Of a stretch of 64,000 nucleotides of DNA, positions 46,876-57,554 are shown one piece after another (position 1 is the stretch's first letter; each line of letters opens with the position of its first letter). The notes below the pieces were generated by a model. That model was given only the letters and a program-made list of their open reading frames with translations, had not been told where the DNA came from and did not search any database. A program made the position numbers and the translations under genes. Location: assembly GCA_964352665.1 (NCBI GenBank), contig CAYGSJ010000005.1, positions 141 through 64,140 of the forward strand, in the 5' to 3' direction. This DNA comes from an uncultured Micavibrio sp. Lineage in GTDB: Bacteria; Pseudomonadota; Alphaproteobacteria; Micavibrionales; Micavibrionaceae.

Positions 46876-47605
46876 GCTCGATCAGATTTACAAATATCCG
46901 CGCCTTTATTGTGACGTCCCTTTATCCAGTGACGCAAACATAGCGCTTTCGCAGGAAAATGTACATTACCTTAAAAATGTTCTGCGCAAAAGCGAGGGCG
47001 ATGTTTTTCGTGTGTTTAACGGACGGGATGGCGAATGGTTTGTTAAAATTGTTTCTATGGGCAAAAAAGAGGGTTCTGCACTTCTAACTGAACAAATCAA
47101 AGCGCAGCCTATGCCTTCACCGGAAGTGCATCTTTTCTTCACGCCCATAAAAAAACACCGTATGGATATATTAATTGAGAAATGCGTGGAACTTGGCGTC
47201 AATGGGCTGCATCCCGTCATAACCAACCGCACGGAAAACAGAAATTTCAAGCCGGAACGGGTTTATGCCCAAATAATTGAGGCAGCAGAGCAGAGCGAGC
47301 GTCTGGATCTCCCGGTTTTATCGACGGTTAAAAAGTTTTCCGATCTACTCATCAAAGAGGAATTCAGAACATTGGGCGTTCCCTTTTTTGCCTGCGTCGA
47401 GCGTGATGCAGAGACGACACCGATTTCCCGCTATAATTTCGAACAAGGGGGCGCTTTTTTGATCGGGCCAGAAGGCGGATTTGACGATTTTGAGATTGAA
47501 ATGATTTCTGCTTTGGAAAACATAGAACGCATAAACCTTGGTGACAGGCTTTTACGCTGTGAAACCGCTGCGATTGTATGTTTGTCTCGCGCAAATATTT
47601 TATAG
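46874..47605 (+). CDS. rsmE: 16S rRNA (uracil1498-N3)-methyltransferase
   Basis: PRLYCDVPL N-terminus, PUA-like domain, SPOUT C-terminus (FLIGPEGGF). The start is uncertain, 46865 or 46874. The 46874 ATG shares CATG with the ubiA start. Confidence 0.82.
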   Translation: MLDQIYKYPRLYCDVPLSSDANIALSQENVHYLKNVLRKSEGDVFRVFNGRDGEWFVKIVSMGKKEGSALLTEQIKAQPMPSPEVHLFFTPIKKHRMDILIEKCVELGVNGLHPVITNRTENRNFKPERVYAQIIEAAEQSERLDLPVLSTVKKFSDLLIKEEFRTLGVPFFACVERDAETTPISRYNFEQGGAFLIGPEGGFDDFEIEMISALENIERINLGDRLLRCETAAIVCLSRANIL

Positions 47606-47758
47606 CAAGCCTTAATCCCATGAAAATCAAAAGAAAAACGTTATTCAGTCTTGCTTTTTAAATCATTTATTCTTATTTATAACACGACGTTATTTTATGT
47701 TTTTTCGTAATATACCATCATAACGTTTTCGATTTTCTAGAGGCGAAAGTTCTTAAAA

Positions 47759-48604
47759 ATGAAAAAATACGTATTTCAAACGGCATTAGCAGTATTTTTG
47801 GGCACGGTTTTAGCTGTGGCTCCGGCGTTGGCAAATGAGCCATTGGAGTGGGCTTTCGGGTTCCAACCTGCGGCGTCTTCCTCTGCCCATAGAATTCACG
47901 AATTTCATGATTTGCTTATGATCATTATCACGGCTATTTGTTTGTTTGTTATGGCACTGCTTGCTTTTGTTGTACTGCGCTACAACCGTCATGTTAACAA
48001 GATACCTTCAAAGGTTACCCATAATGTACTTCTTGAGATTGTATGGACGATTGTTCCCATTATTATTCTGATTATAATTGTTGTGCCGTCCTTTAAGATT
48101 TTATACGAAAACGATCGCATTCCCGAACCTGAGATGACATTAAAAGTTACCGGATATCAGTGGTATTGGGGGTATGAATATCCGGATCACGATGGCATCG
48201 CTTTCGATTCCAGAATGGTGCCCACAGATGAATTAAAACCGGATCAAAGACGTCTTCTTTCCACAGATAATGTCGTTGTTTTACCGATTGATACAAATAT
48301 TGCTGTTCTTGTTACGGCGAACGATGTCCTTCATGCATGGGCTGTTCCCGCATTCGGGGTAAAGCTTGACGCAATCCCTATGCGGACGAACGAAACATGG
48401 TTCCGCATTGACAAGACAGGGACATATTATGGCCAATGTTCCGAAATTTGTGGTAAGGACCACAGTTTCATGCCGATCGAAATTCGTGCTGTGACCAAAG
48501 AAGAATTTGAAGTATGGGTTGCAAAGGCAAAAGAAGAATTCGCAGCAAATGATAATTTCATATCTCCGAAAGTGAATGAAGCGATCAAACTTGCGAGCCA
48601 GTAG
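47759..48604 (+). CDS. ctaC: Cytochrome c oxidase subunit II
   Basis: CuA site HAWAVP...CSEICGKDHSFMP. Confidence 0.95.
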   Translation: MKKYVFQTALAVFLGTVLAVAPALANEPLEWAFGFQPAASSSAHRIHEFHDLLMIIITAICLFVMALLAFVVLRYNRHVNKIPSKVTHNVLLEIVWTIVPIIILIIIVVPSFKILYENDRIPEPEMTLKVTGYQWYWGYEYPDHDGIAFDSRMVPTDELKPDQRRLLSTDNVVVLPIDTNIAVLVTANDVLHAWAVPAFGVKLDAIPMRTNETWFRIDKTGTYYGQCSEICGKDHSFMPIEIRAVTKEEFEVWVAKAKEEFAANDNFISPKVNEAIKLASQ

Positions 48605-48613
48605 ATAGTATAA

Positions 48614-50308
<1,695 letters not shown>

Positions 50309-51223
50309 ATGGCCGATATCGCCATAGGTAATTACGTTTTTTCAGACACGCGCGACGACCTTAAGGAATCGCGCGTTTCCGACTATTTTGCGCTTCTGAA
50401 ACCAAAGGTAATGAGTCTGGTTGTGTTCACCGGATTTGCCGGGCTTTTGGTTGCCCCCGGGGCGGCGCAGCTTCATCCTTTTCTTATTGTTATTGCTATG
50501 TTGGCACTTGCCGTAAATGCAGGGGCGGCTGGTGCTATTAATATGTGGTATGATCGCGATATTGATAAAATTATGAACCGTACCAGAGGGCGTCCTATTC
50601 CCATGGGGCGCATCAATCCGGACGAGGCTTTGACCTTCGGGATCGTTTTATCCCTGTTCTCTGTGATGTTGATGGGTATAGCGCTGAACTGGGTTGCCGC
50701 AGGAATATTGGCCTTTGCAAACTTATTCTACGTTATCATATACACAATGTGGCTCAAACGCACCACACCACAAAATATTGTTATTGGCGGCGCGGCGGGT
50801 GCATTTCCTCCAATGGTTGGATGGGCAGCAGTAACAGGGGATGTGTCACTTGGCGCTATTGTACTATTTGCCATTATCTTTTTCTGGACACCGCCTCATT
50901 TCTGGGCTCTTTCCTTGTATGCTAACGAAGATTACAAACGTGCAAAAATTCCGATGATGCCAGTCGTGGCAGGAGAAAAAGCAACAAAAATACAGATGAT
51001 TATCTATACGCTCGTTTTGTTTCCAGTCACACTTTTGCCTTATACGATGGGGCTTTCTGGCCTTGTCTATTTAATCAGTGCTTTGGTTTTGAGCGGGTTC
51101 TTCATTATAACGGCCGTAAAGGTTTATTTTTCGGATGACATGAAACATGCACGCTTGATGTTCAGCTATTCGGTTTTTTATCTTTTTGCCTTGTTTTTTG
51201 CGGTGATGATCGATGCCACATAG
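50309..51223 (+). CDS. ctaB: Protoheme IX farnesyltransferase (heme O synthase)
   Basis: UbiA-superfamily motifs (NMWYDRDIDKIMNRT), located within the oxidase cluster. Confidence 0.92.
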   Translation: MADIAIGNYVFSDTRDDLKESRVSDYFALLKPKVMSLVVFTGFAGLLVAPGAAQLHPFLIVIAMLALAVNAGAAGAINMWYDRDIDKIMNRTRGRPIPMGRINPDEALTFGIVLSLFSVMLMGIALNWVAAGILAFANLFYVIIYTMWLKRTTPQNIVIGGAAGAFPPMVGWAAVTGDVSLGAIVLFAIIFFWTPPHFWALSLYANEDYKRAKIPMMPVVAGEKATKIQMIIYTLVLFPVTLLPYTMGLSGLVYLISALVLSGFFIITAVKVYFSDDMKHARLMFSYSVFYLFALFFAVMIDAT

Positions 51224-51332
51224 CGAGTTACACAAGAAAAAATCAAAGAAAAACTGGGCTGTTTTGGCAATTATTTTTACAGTTGTGGCTCTTGTCTGGG
51301 CAATCACCATAATAAAAATGGGCGTTCAATAA
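51213..51332 (+). CDS. Small single-TM protein (39 aa) overlapping the ctaB stop
   Basis: MPHSELHKKKSKKNWAVLAIIFTVVALVWAITIIKMGVQ. Not in the ORF track because it is under 60 aa. Position and topology resemble the small ORFs often found between ctaB and ctaG in Alphaproteobacteria. Confidence 0.45.
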   Translation: MPHSELHKKKSKKNWAVLAIIFTVVALVWAITIIKMGVQ

Positions 51333-51428
51333 GATAACAAGAGGCCATCTTTACCGCAGTAGGCTTTGCCAAAGCCGTAAATATCATGTAATGTGTATAA
51401 GTTATTTAGTTGCTTTCGGAGTTTTTCA

Positions 51429-52097
51429 ATGAAAATTCTTGGTTATTTGTTTTTCTTATCTTTTCTTCTTTTGACAGTTCCGGTTTCTGCGGCTTTCGCG
51501 CAGGATGATCTGGTTATTGATGAAGATAGCGCAATTGACGATGCGGGCTATGATGAATTTATGGACGATGAAGGCATGTATGTCGAAGAAGAAATGCCCA
51601 CAGAGGACAATGAAGTTGGGGTTCTTACTTTGAGGCAGGCAAAAGACCTAATTGACGCGGCGCCAACAGCAAAAGATGCTGTTGGAGGTACAGTCCCAGG
51701 ACCAGATACGAAATATTACGATATGTACGCACGTCAGTTGGCTTTCAGGGAAAATGCAAAGCAATTGAGAGCATCTCTGGAAGACAGACGTGAGAAATTC
51801 GAAGAACCACGTTTAACTGTTATTGAAAATCATAGAACAAATGTAGAGCAGGTCTACGAAGCGGAGACCGCGGCCTATCAAAAAGAATTAACTAGCGAAG
51901 ATAAAGAAGAAGAATTCTTTGACGAAGAAGAGCAGACCGGAGATGAAGAGAAAATGGCAGAGATGAGTGATGGTACAGAAGAGATGCCAGATCTTAAAGA
52001 AATGCCGATCCCGACAGATGAAGAGGGTTCCGAAGCGGTAAAAAAGAAAGTTGTTACCACCGAGGATGCGCCGGAGTTTGATCCATCTGCCCTCTAG
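51429..52097 (+). CDS. Secreted, highly acidic protein of unknown function
   Basis: ATG at 51429 with GGAG 8 nt upstream. Signal peptide (LFFLSFLLLTVPVSAAFA). Asp/Glu-rich N- and C-terminal regions flank a short helical core. Confidence 0.55.
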   Translation: MKILGYLFFLSFLLLTVPVSAAFAQDDLVIDEDSAIDDAGYDEFMDDEGMYVEEEMPTEDNEVGVLTLRQAKDLIDAAPTAKDAVGGTVPGPDTKYYDMYARQLAFRENAKQLRASLEDRREKFEEPRLTVIENHRTNVEQVYEAETAAYQKELTSEDKEEEFFDEEEQTGDEEKMAEMSDGTEEMPDLKEMPIPTDEEGSEAVKKKVVTTEDAPEFDPSAL

Positions 52098-52197
52098 TTT
52101 TTTAAATGAATTACCAAATACTATGACCCGCTCCCAAGGCGGGTTATTTTATACGCATTACCCTAGAAATTGTCTCAAAACCCTTTATAAATACGGT

Positions 52198-52797
52198 ATG
52201 AATAACGATAACCCCGACCAGAGTCTAAAAGACAAAAACACAAAAACGGCTATAAAGGTTTTTGCTGTGGTGTTTTTGATGGTGGCACTTGCCTACGCCT
52301 CTGTGCCTTTATACAGCATATTTTGTCGTGTAACAGGATGGGGCGGCACAACGCAGGTCGCGCAAGCGCTACCAGCGCCCGAAGATATTGTAGACCGAAA
52401 TATAACCGTTCGCTTTGATGCTAACACGGCGCGCGATTTGTTCTGGGACTTCAAGCCCGAAAAAATTTCTGTGACGGTTAAGCTGGGTGAAAAGGGATTT
52501 ATAAATTTTATTGCAAAAAACAGATCGAATGTACCGATTGGAGGAACGGCGGTGTTTAATGTTACACCTCTTAAGGCAGGAAAATACTTTCAAAAAATCC
52601 AGTGTTTTTGTTTCGACGAGCAAATTCTGCAACCCGGAGAACAAGTGAATATGCCTGTCCTTTTTTACGTAGATCCAGCCTTGAGCAACAATGAAAATCT
52701 TGAAGAGGTAAAAACAATTACATTGTCTTATACATTCTTTAAGAGTGACTCAGAAAATTTGGAAAAAGCAATGGAAGAATTCTACGATCAGGAATAG
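52198..52797 (+). CDS. ctaG: Cytochrome c oxidase copper-insertion factor CtaG/Cox11
   Basis: VPLYSIFCRVTGWGGT and the CFCF copper motif (IQCFCFDEQ). The ATG at 52198 is preferred over the ORF-track start at 52051. Confidence 0.9.
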   Translation: MNNDNPDQSLKDKNTKTAIKVFAVVFLMVALAYASVPLYSIFCRVTGWGGTTQVAQALPAPEDIVDRNITVRFDANTARDLFWDFKPEKISVTVKLGEKGFINFIAKNRSNVPIGGTAVFNVTPLKAGKYFQKIQCFCFDEQILQPGEQVNMPVLFYVDPALSNNENLEEVKTITLSYTFFKSDSENLEKAMEEFYDQE

Positions 52798-52937
52798 AAT
52801 CCGAGGGTTACCCTTGGCTGAGACACGTGATCTGAAACGCATCTTGAAAAAACAATATTATCAGCATATTATCTCTGTACTGTTCGTTTTCCTTCGGTTA
52901 TACAGGGAAAAAATCACCCAAACAAAGATCTATTATT

Positions 52938-53831
52938 ATGGCAGAAAATATCGAATACACCACAACCGGTAAACCACACCCATATCATCTTGTTCGCCCG
53001 AGCATATGGCCGCTTTTGTCGGCACTGGCGGGTGGAATTCTTGCGGCAGGCGCTGTTATATATATGCATGATATACACCTATTCGCAAACCCTGATGCTG
53101 GCGTGGAAGGGGTTAAGGTCGGTCTGAACGGCGTGTATCTTGGCGTCGCCTGTATTTTGATGGTTATGTTTGGTTGGTGGAAAGAGGTCATTCATGAATC
53201 TGTTGTTGAAAAAGCTCACAACTCTATTACTGAAATCGGTTTGCGATATGGCATGTCCTTGTTTATTTGCTCTGAAGTGATGTTCTTTGTGGCGTTTTTC
53301 TGGGCCTATTTTAATGCAGCCTTTTATCCTACCGAAGCTGTTGGGTTTGTTTGGCCTCCTGCCGGTATTCACACTATTGATCCGTTTGATTTGCCATTGA
53401 TGATGACATTGATACTTTTACTTTCAGGCTGTACGGCGACATGGGCGCACCATGCGATTCTAGAAGGCAAAAACAAAGAAGTCATTCAGGCTTTATCCTA
53501 TACTGTTTTCCTTGGTGTGTTCTTCCTAGGGTTTCAGATTTATGAATATGCGAATTCACACTTTGCCTTTACCGATGGTATTTATGCCTCGACCTTTTTC
53601 ATGGCAACCGGGTTTCATGGTTTCCATGTTTTTGTAGGGACAGTATTCCTTTTTGTGTGCTGGGTGCGTGCAAAAAAAGGGCATTTTACTCCGAAAGAAC
53701 ATTTTGGTTTCGAAGCCGCGGCATGGTATTGGCACTTTGTTGATGTTGTCTGGTTGTTCCTGTTTATTGCGATTTACTACTGGGGCACGGTTTTTGGTAT
53801 GGATATGACACCGCCACCAGCTGTTCAATAA
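52938..53831 (+). CDS. ctaE: Cytochrome c oxidase subunit III
   Basis: HPYHLVRPSIWP N-terminus and GFHGFHVFVGT motif. Confidence 0.95.
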   Translation: MAENIEYTTTGKPHPYHLVRPSIWPLLSALAGGILAAGAVIYMHDIHLFANPDAGVEGVKVGLNGVYLGVACILMVMFGWWKEVIHESVVEKAHNSITEIGLRYGMSLFICSEVMFFVAFFWAYFNAAFYPTEAVGFVWPPAGIHTIDPFDLPLMMTLILLLSGCTATWAHHAILEGKNKEVIQALSYTVFLGVFFLGFQIYEYANSHFAFTDGIYASTFFMATGFHGFHVFVGTVFLFVCWVRAKKGHFTPKEHFGFEAAAWYWHFVDVVWLFLFIAIYYWGTVFGMDMTPPPAVQ

Positions 53832-53840
53832 GATAGAACC

Positions 53841-54197
53841 ATGGTTGATTTCGAACTTTTGACGAGTGCCTTAGCCTGCAAATGTCCTAAATGTTCGAAA
53901 GGGGATCTGTTTAAGTCCGGTTTTACAATCGATCTTCGCGAGTCTTGCAACCAGTGCGGCCTGGACTTCACCAAAAACGATAGTGCCGATGGGCCGGCCG
54001 TTTTCCTGATTTTTATTCTCGGGTTTTTGCTCGTTCCTATCGCCCTTGTTTTTGATGCCTATCTTGAGCCGCCCCTATGGGTGCACGCGATTGTATGGAC
54101 TGTTGTAGCCCTCTTTATCACTCTGGGCGCTATGAAACCCCTTAAATCCTACATTATTGCGCTTCAATACAAGCATAGACCAGGAGACTGGGAATGA
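53841..54197 (+). CDS. DUF983-type zinc-ribbon membrane protein
   Basis: CPKC...CNQCG followed by two TM helices. This family is typically found next to SURF1 in alphaproteobacterial oxidase clusters. Confidence 0.75.
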   Translation: MVDFELLTSALACKCPKCSKGDLFKSGFTIDLRESCNQCGLDFTKNDSADGPAVFLIFILGFLLVPIALVFDAYLEPPLWVHAIVWTVVALFITLGAMKPLKSYIIALQYKHRPGDWE

Positions 54198-54898
54198 GGA
54201 TTCCACTTTGGGCAACATTCTTTACACTTTGTGGTGTTGCTGTGCTCTGTGCGCTGGGCTACTGGCAGTACGAGCGCCTTTTGTGGAAGACCGAAATACT
54301 TCAGAATATTGATGCTGCCCTTGCTACAGAGGCTTCCGAACATCTTATAAATACGGAAGATTTAAATTCGGACAAGGGTTTTGTCAGAGGCTATATAGAG
54401 GGTGTCTATGACCATGACAAAGAAATACGGATGCAATCGCGCACCTATGAAGGGAAGGTTGGGTACCATATTATTACACCCATGGCCCTTGATACGACGG
54501 GGCGGAGTATCCTTGTAAATCGTGGCTGGGTCCCTATTGAACATGAAATGCCAAAAGGCAGAGCAATATCAAGGCCAGCAGAAAAAATCAGAGCAGAAGG
54601 CGTATTGATATACCCCCCCACAGGTAATCTATTCACACTAGAAAATTATCCGGATAAAGATATCTGGTATCTTATTGATCCCACACAAGTTTCTGTTTCA
54701 AAAGAGTTGGATTTAGCGTCTCAAAAGGTGCTTTATGCTGAAAATGAAGGCGTCGAACAATTCTATCCCGTTCCTGTTGCCTTGAATTTGAAGCCCAATA
54801 ATAACCACCTGCAATATATGACTTTTTGGTTTCTTATGGCTGGAATACTTACAGTCATTTATTTTATCCGCTTTGTTATCCCACCAAAAAAAGCCTGA
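54194..54898 (+). CDS. SURF1-family cytochrome oxidase biogenesis protein
   Basis: N-terminal TM plus YWQYERLLWK, NRGWVP, and a C-terminal TM. ATGA overlap with the preceding gene. Confidence 0.85.
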   Translation: MRIPLWATFFTLCGVAVLCALGYWQYERLLWKTEILQNIDAALATEASEHLINTEDLNSDKGFVRGYIEGVYDHDKEIRMQSRTYEGKVGYHIITPMALDTTGRSILVNRGWVPIEHEMPKGRAISRPAEKIRAEGVLIYPPTGNLFTLENYPDKDIWYLIDPTQVSVSKELDLASQKVLYAENEGVEQFYPVPVALNLKPNNNHLQYMTFWFLMAGILTVIYFIRFVIPPKKA

Positions 54899-55028
54899 TT
54901 ACCGATCTTTTTTGATGTTATCACGGCTTTGTGGATGAATTGAAATGAATATGATTTTGAAATTGCACGCTTGGATGCAATCGCTACACTCAAAGCTATG
55001 TATCGAATCTAGATAACTGGAATTGACG

Positions 55029-55553
55029 ATGTTGCGAAGAATTTTTTTGGTTTTTATTTTTACGCTTTCACTATCAGGCTTAGGGGCCTCTTATGCGGAT
55101 GCGGCGTCACCAAAGCAGGTTGGCAAGTACGGCGATTGGACGGCATATGTGCTGACAGAGCGTGGGAACAAGGTCTGCTATATGGTGAGTAAGCCTGTAA
55201 AGGCACAGGGCAAATACACAAATCGTGGTGAGATTTTTGCATTAATTACACATCGGCCGTCTGAAAACACAAAGGATGTGTTTAGCTATATCACGGGTTT
55301 TACCTATAAAACAGGCAGTGACGCAACCGTCACAATCGATGGTAAACGCTACGTTTTGTTTACTCAGGACGATACGGCATGGGCACCGGATGCTAATGCC
55401 GACTCAAAACTGGCCAGTGCCATACGTAATGGCTCGACAATGGTTGTTCAGGGCACTTCATCAAGAGGAACGCTCACAACCGATACCTATAGTTTAAAGG
55501 GCTCTGGTGCAGCCTATAAAGCCATTTCAAACGAGTGCGATATCTCCATGTAA
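55029..55553 (+). CDS. Invasion-associated locus B (IalB)-family periplasmic protein
   Basis: Signal peptide, YGDWTAYV...KVCYMVSKP, and a conserved C-terminal Cys (ISNECD). Confidence 0.72.
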   Translation: MLRRIFLVFIFTLSLSGLGASYADAASPKQVGKYGDWTAYVLTERGNKVCYMVSKPVKAQGKYTNRGEIFALITHRPSENTKDVFSYITGFTYKTGSDATVTIDGKRYVLFTQDDTAWAPDANADSKLASAIRNGSTMVVQGTSSRGTLTTDTYSLKGSGAAYKAISNECDISM

Positions 55554-55805
55554 CGCGCACGAATTGACTGCGTTCGTTCGGGTCTCGGGATATTTGAGCC
55601 CTAAATACCGGAATTATGTGTTGTATATGTGTCCAGACTTTACTTTTTTGAATAAAATGGCACACTTAGAGAAGAACGCTTGGAAAGAAAGCTTCGGTAT
55701 GCTAACAGTTTTTAAACTTTTTAGGATTAGAATAGAAACTGAATACTTCCATCAAGGAATGACTGCGTCCTGTTTTTGTTCAATCTGTAATACTGGAGTA
55801 TAATA

Positions 55806-57311
55806 TTGATTGGCGTTTTGACAAACAACTTGGCACTTTACAGAATATTTCGGTTGCGGCGGCGTTACCTTTTCACAAAGGCGAACAAGCTTAGACTGCG
55901 TTATGTTCTGGGCTGTCTGGTCATTTTCAGCTTTGTCTGCATGGGTGTAATCGGTACAACAAATGTATCGGTTGCTTTTGCGCCTGTTCATAATATTGCT
56001 TCACATTCAGATAGTTTTGCTTTGAAGCCGATTATGCTGACTTCTGTATCTGCGGGGCAAGAGGGTGAATTTGTAGAGGGGTTTGATGATAATCTTAACC
56101 ATCAAGATCTTGTCGATGGTGTTACATCGACGTTGATGCTGGGTGTTGAAGAAGAATTAGCCCATAAAAAAACCGGCCCTTGGGAAGAAATCATCAAGAT
56201 CAATTCAGGTGATACTCTTGCCGGAGCTTTGCAAAATGCCGGCGTCAGTGGTGTAGAGGCCTACAAGGTTGTTAAGGCCCTACGCAAATATTATGATCCA
56301 CGATCTGTTAAGCCCGGTCAGGTGATTTCAATACAACTTCAAAATGCGGAAGAGCAGGATGAAGGTCCGGTCCTTCTTGGTCTTAATATGAAGGTTAGCC
56401 CAATCAAAGAGATTTCTGTGGGGCGTGATGAGCTTGATAGATTTGAAGCTACACTGAACCAGAAACAGGTTGTTCTGGAGATGAAGGCGGCGAAGGCTAC
56501 GATAGAGAGCTCTCTCTATGGTTCTGCTGCTCAGGCCGGTATACCGGCTACGGTTGTTGCTGAAATGATTCGTATATATTCCTATGATGTGGACTTTCAG
56601 CGTGATATCAGACAGGGGGATAAAGTTGAAATCTTCTATGAAACCTATGAGACGGAAGATGGAAATTTTGCCCGCTATGGTGATGTTTTATTTGCAAATC
56701 TGAATGTTGGTGGTAGGGACATTCCTGTATATCGTTATGAAGATGACGAGGGGATTACAGATTATTATCGTGAGGATGGTACAAGCATCAAACGCATCTT
56801 GATGAAAACGCCAATTGATGGCGCCCGTATGTCATCAGGATTTGGAATGCGTCGCCATCCGGTCTTGGGGTACAATAAGATGCATAAAGGCGTTGATTTT
56901 GCAGCACCGCGCGGCACACCCATTTACGCAGCCGGAAGCGGTGTAGTTACAAAAGCATCACGCTTTGGTGGTTACGGAAACTATATAAAGATTCGTCATA
57001 AAAACGGCCTTGAAACTGCTTACGCGCATCTTAACAAATACGCAAAAGGGGTTAAGTCCGGATCGCGCGTACAGCAAGGCCAGGTCATTGGTTATGTCGG
57101 TACAACAGGGCGCTCAACAGGCCCACATCTGCATTTTGAAGTTCTGCAAAACGGCAAGCAAGTTAATCCTAAAAGTATTAAGTCTTCGGCCGGTCAGAAA
57201 CTTGCCGGACAGTCTCTAAAGGACTTCCAGTCACAAATAACCCAGATCAAGCAGCAATATGCAGCGCTTGCGAGTGGTATGAAATTGGCTCAGAACAGCG
57301 TTTCCGAGTAA
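55806..57311 (+). CDS. M23-family metallo-endopeptidase with an OapA/LysM-like N-domain
   Basis: HKGVDFAAPRGTPIYAAGSGVV, GNYIKIRHKNG, and GRSTGPHLHFEV. The start is uncertain: the ORF begins at a TTG. Confidence 0.85.
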   Translation: MIGVLTNNLALYRIFRLRRRYLFTKANKLRLRYVLGCLVIFSFVCMGVIGTTNVSVAFAPVHNIASHSDSFALKPIMLTSVSAGQEGEFVEGFDDNLNHQDLVDGVTSTLMLGVEEELAHKKTGPWEEIIKINSGDTLAGALQNAGVSGVEAYKVVKALRKYYDPRSVKPGQVISIQLQNAEEQDEGPVLLGLNMKVSPIKEISVGRDELDRFEATLNQKQVVLEMKAAKATIESSLYGSAAQAGIPATVVAEMIRIYSYDVDFQRDIRQGDKVEIFYETYETEDGNFARYGDVLFANLNVGGRDIPVYRYEDDEGITDYYREDGTSIKRILMKTPIDGARMSSGFGMRRHPVLGYNKMHKGVDFAAPRGTPIYAAGSGVVTKASRFGGYGNYIKIRHKNGLETAYAHLNKYAKGVKSGSRVQQGQVIGYVGTTGRSTGPHLHFEVLQNGKQVNPKSIKSSAGQKLAGQSLKDFQSQITQIKQQYAALASGMKLAQNSVSE

Positions 57312-57554
57312 TTAATCACAGAATTATGAATTTTTTATCGTGTCTCATCAGTTTTATGATTGAGCATTGCGAAACAACTGTGTAGTATGGCGGCGTTTAA
57401 TATGCGTGCGGCTTTACGTTTATTGTTAAGATTTTAAAAGTTCCGTCGAGCTGTAAGCATTCAAATTTAAAATATAAAGCGCCTCTGCGCCGCTTCATAG
57501 GGTATCCGTAAGGAACTTGTGAGCAGGCTGCCATGTGCGTCGATGGAGAAAAAG
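57312..57554 (+). promoter_or_regulatory. Long leader / promoter region upstream of rne
   Basis: 243-bp non-coding region with small hairpins (for example aagcg-cctctgcgc-cgctt). RNase E genes commonly have autoregulatory 5' UTRs. The structure was not modelled here. Confidence 0.3.

Noticed and set aside
52051-52197. A 49-codon N-terminal extension of ctaG that overlaps the preceding gene.
   Set aside because: Cox11 homology (TM anchor plus VPLYSIFCRVTGWGGT) begins after the ATG at 52198. The extension overlaps the acidic-protein gene in another frame.
55507-55803. A 98-aa ORF spanning the IalB 3' end and the following spacer.
   Set aside because: It overlaps IalB out of frame, has no motifs and is Cys/Phe-rich with odd composition. 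It was treated as spurious, though the 252-bp spacer itself remains unexplained.
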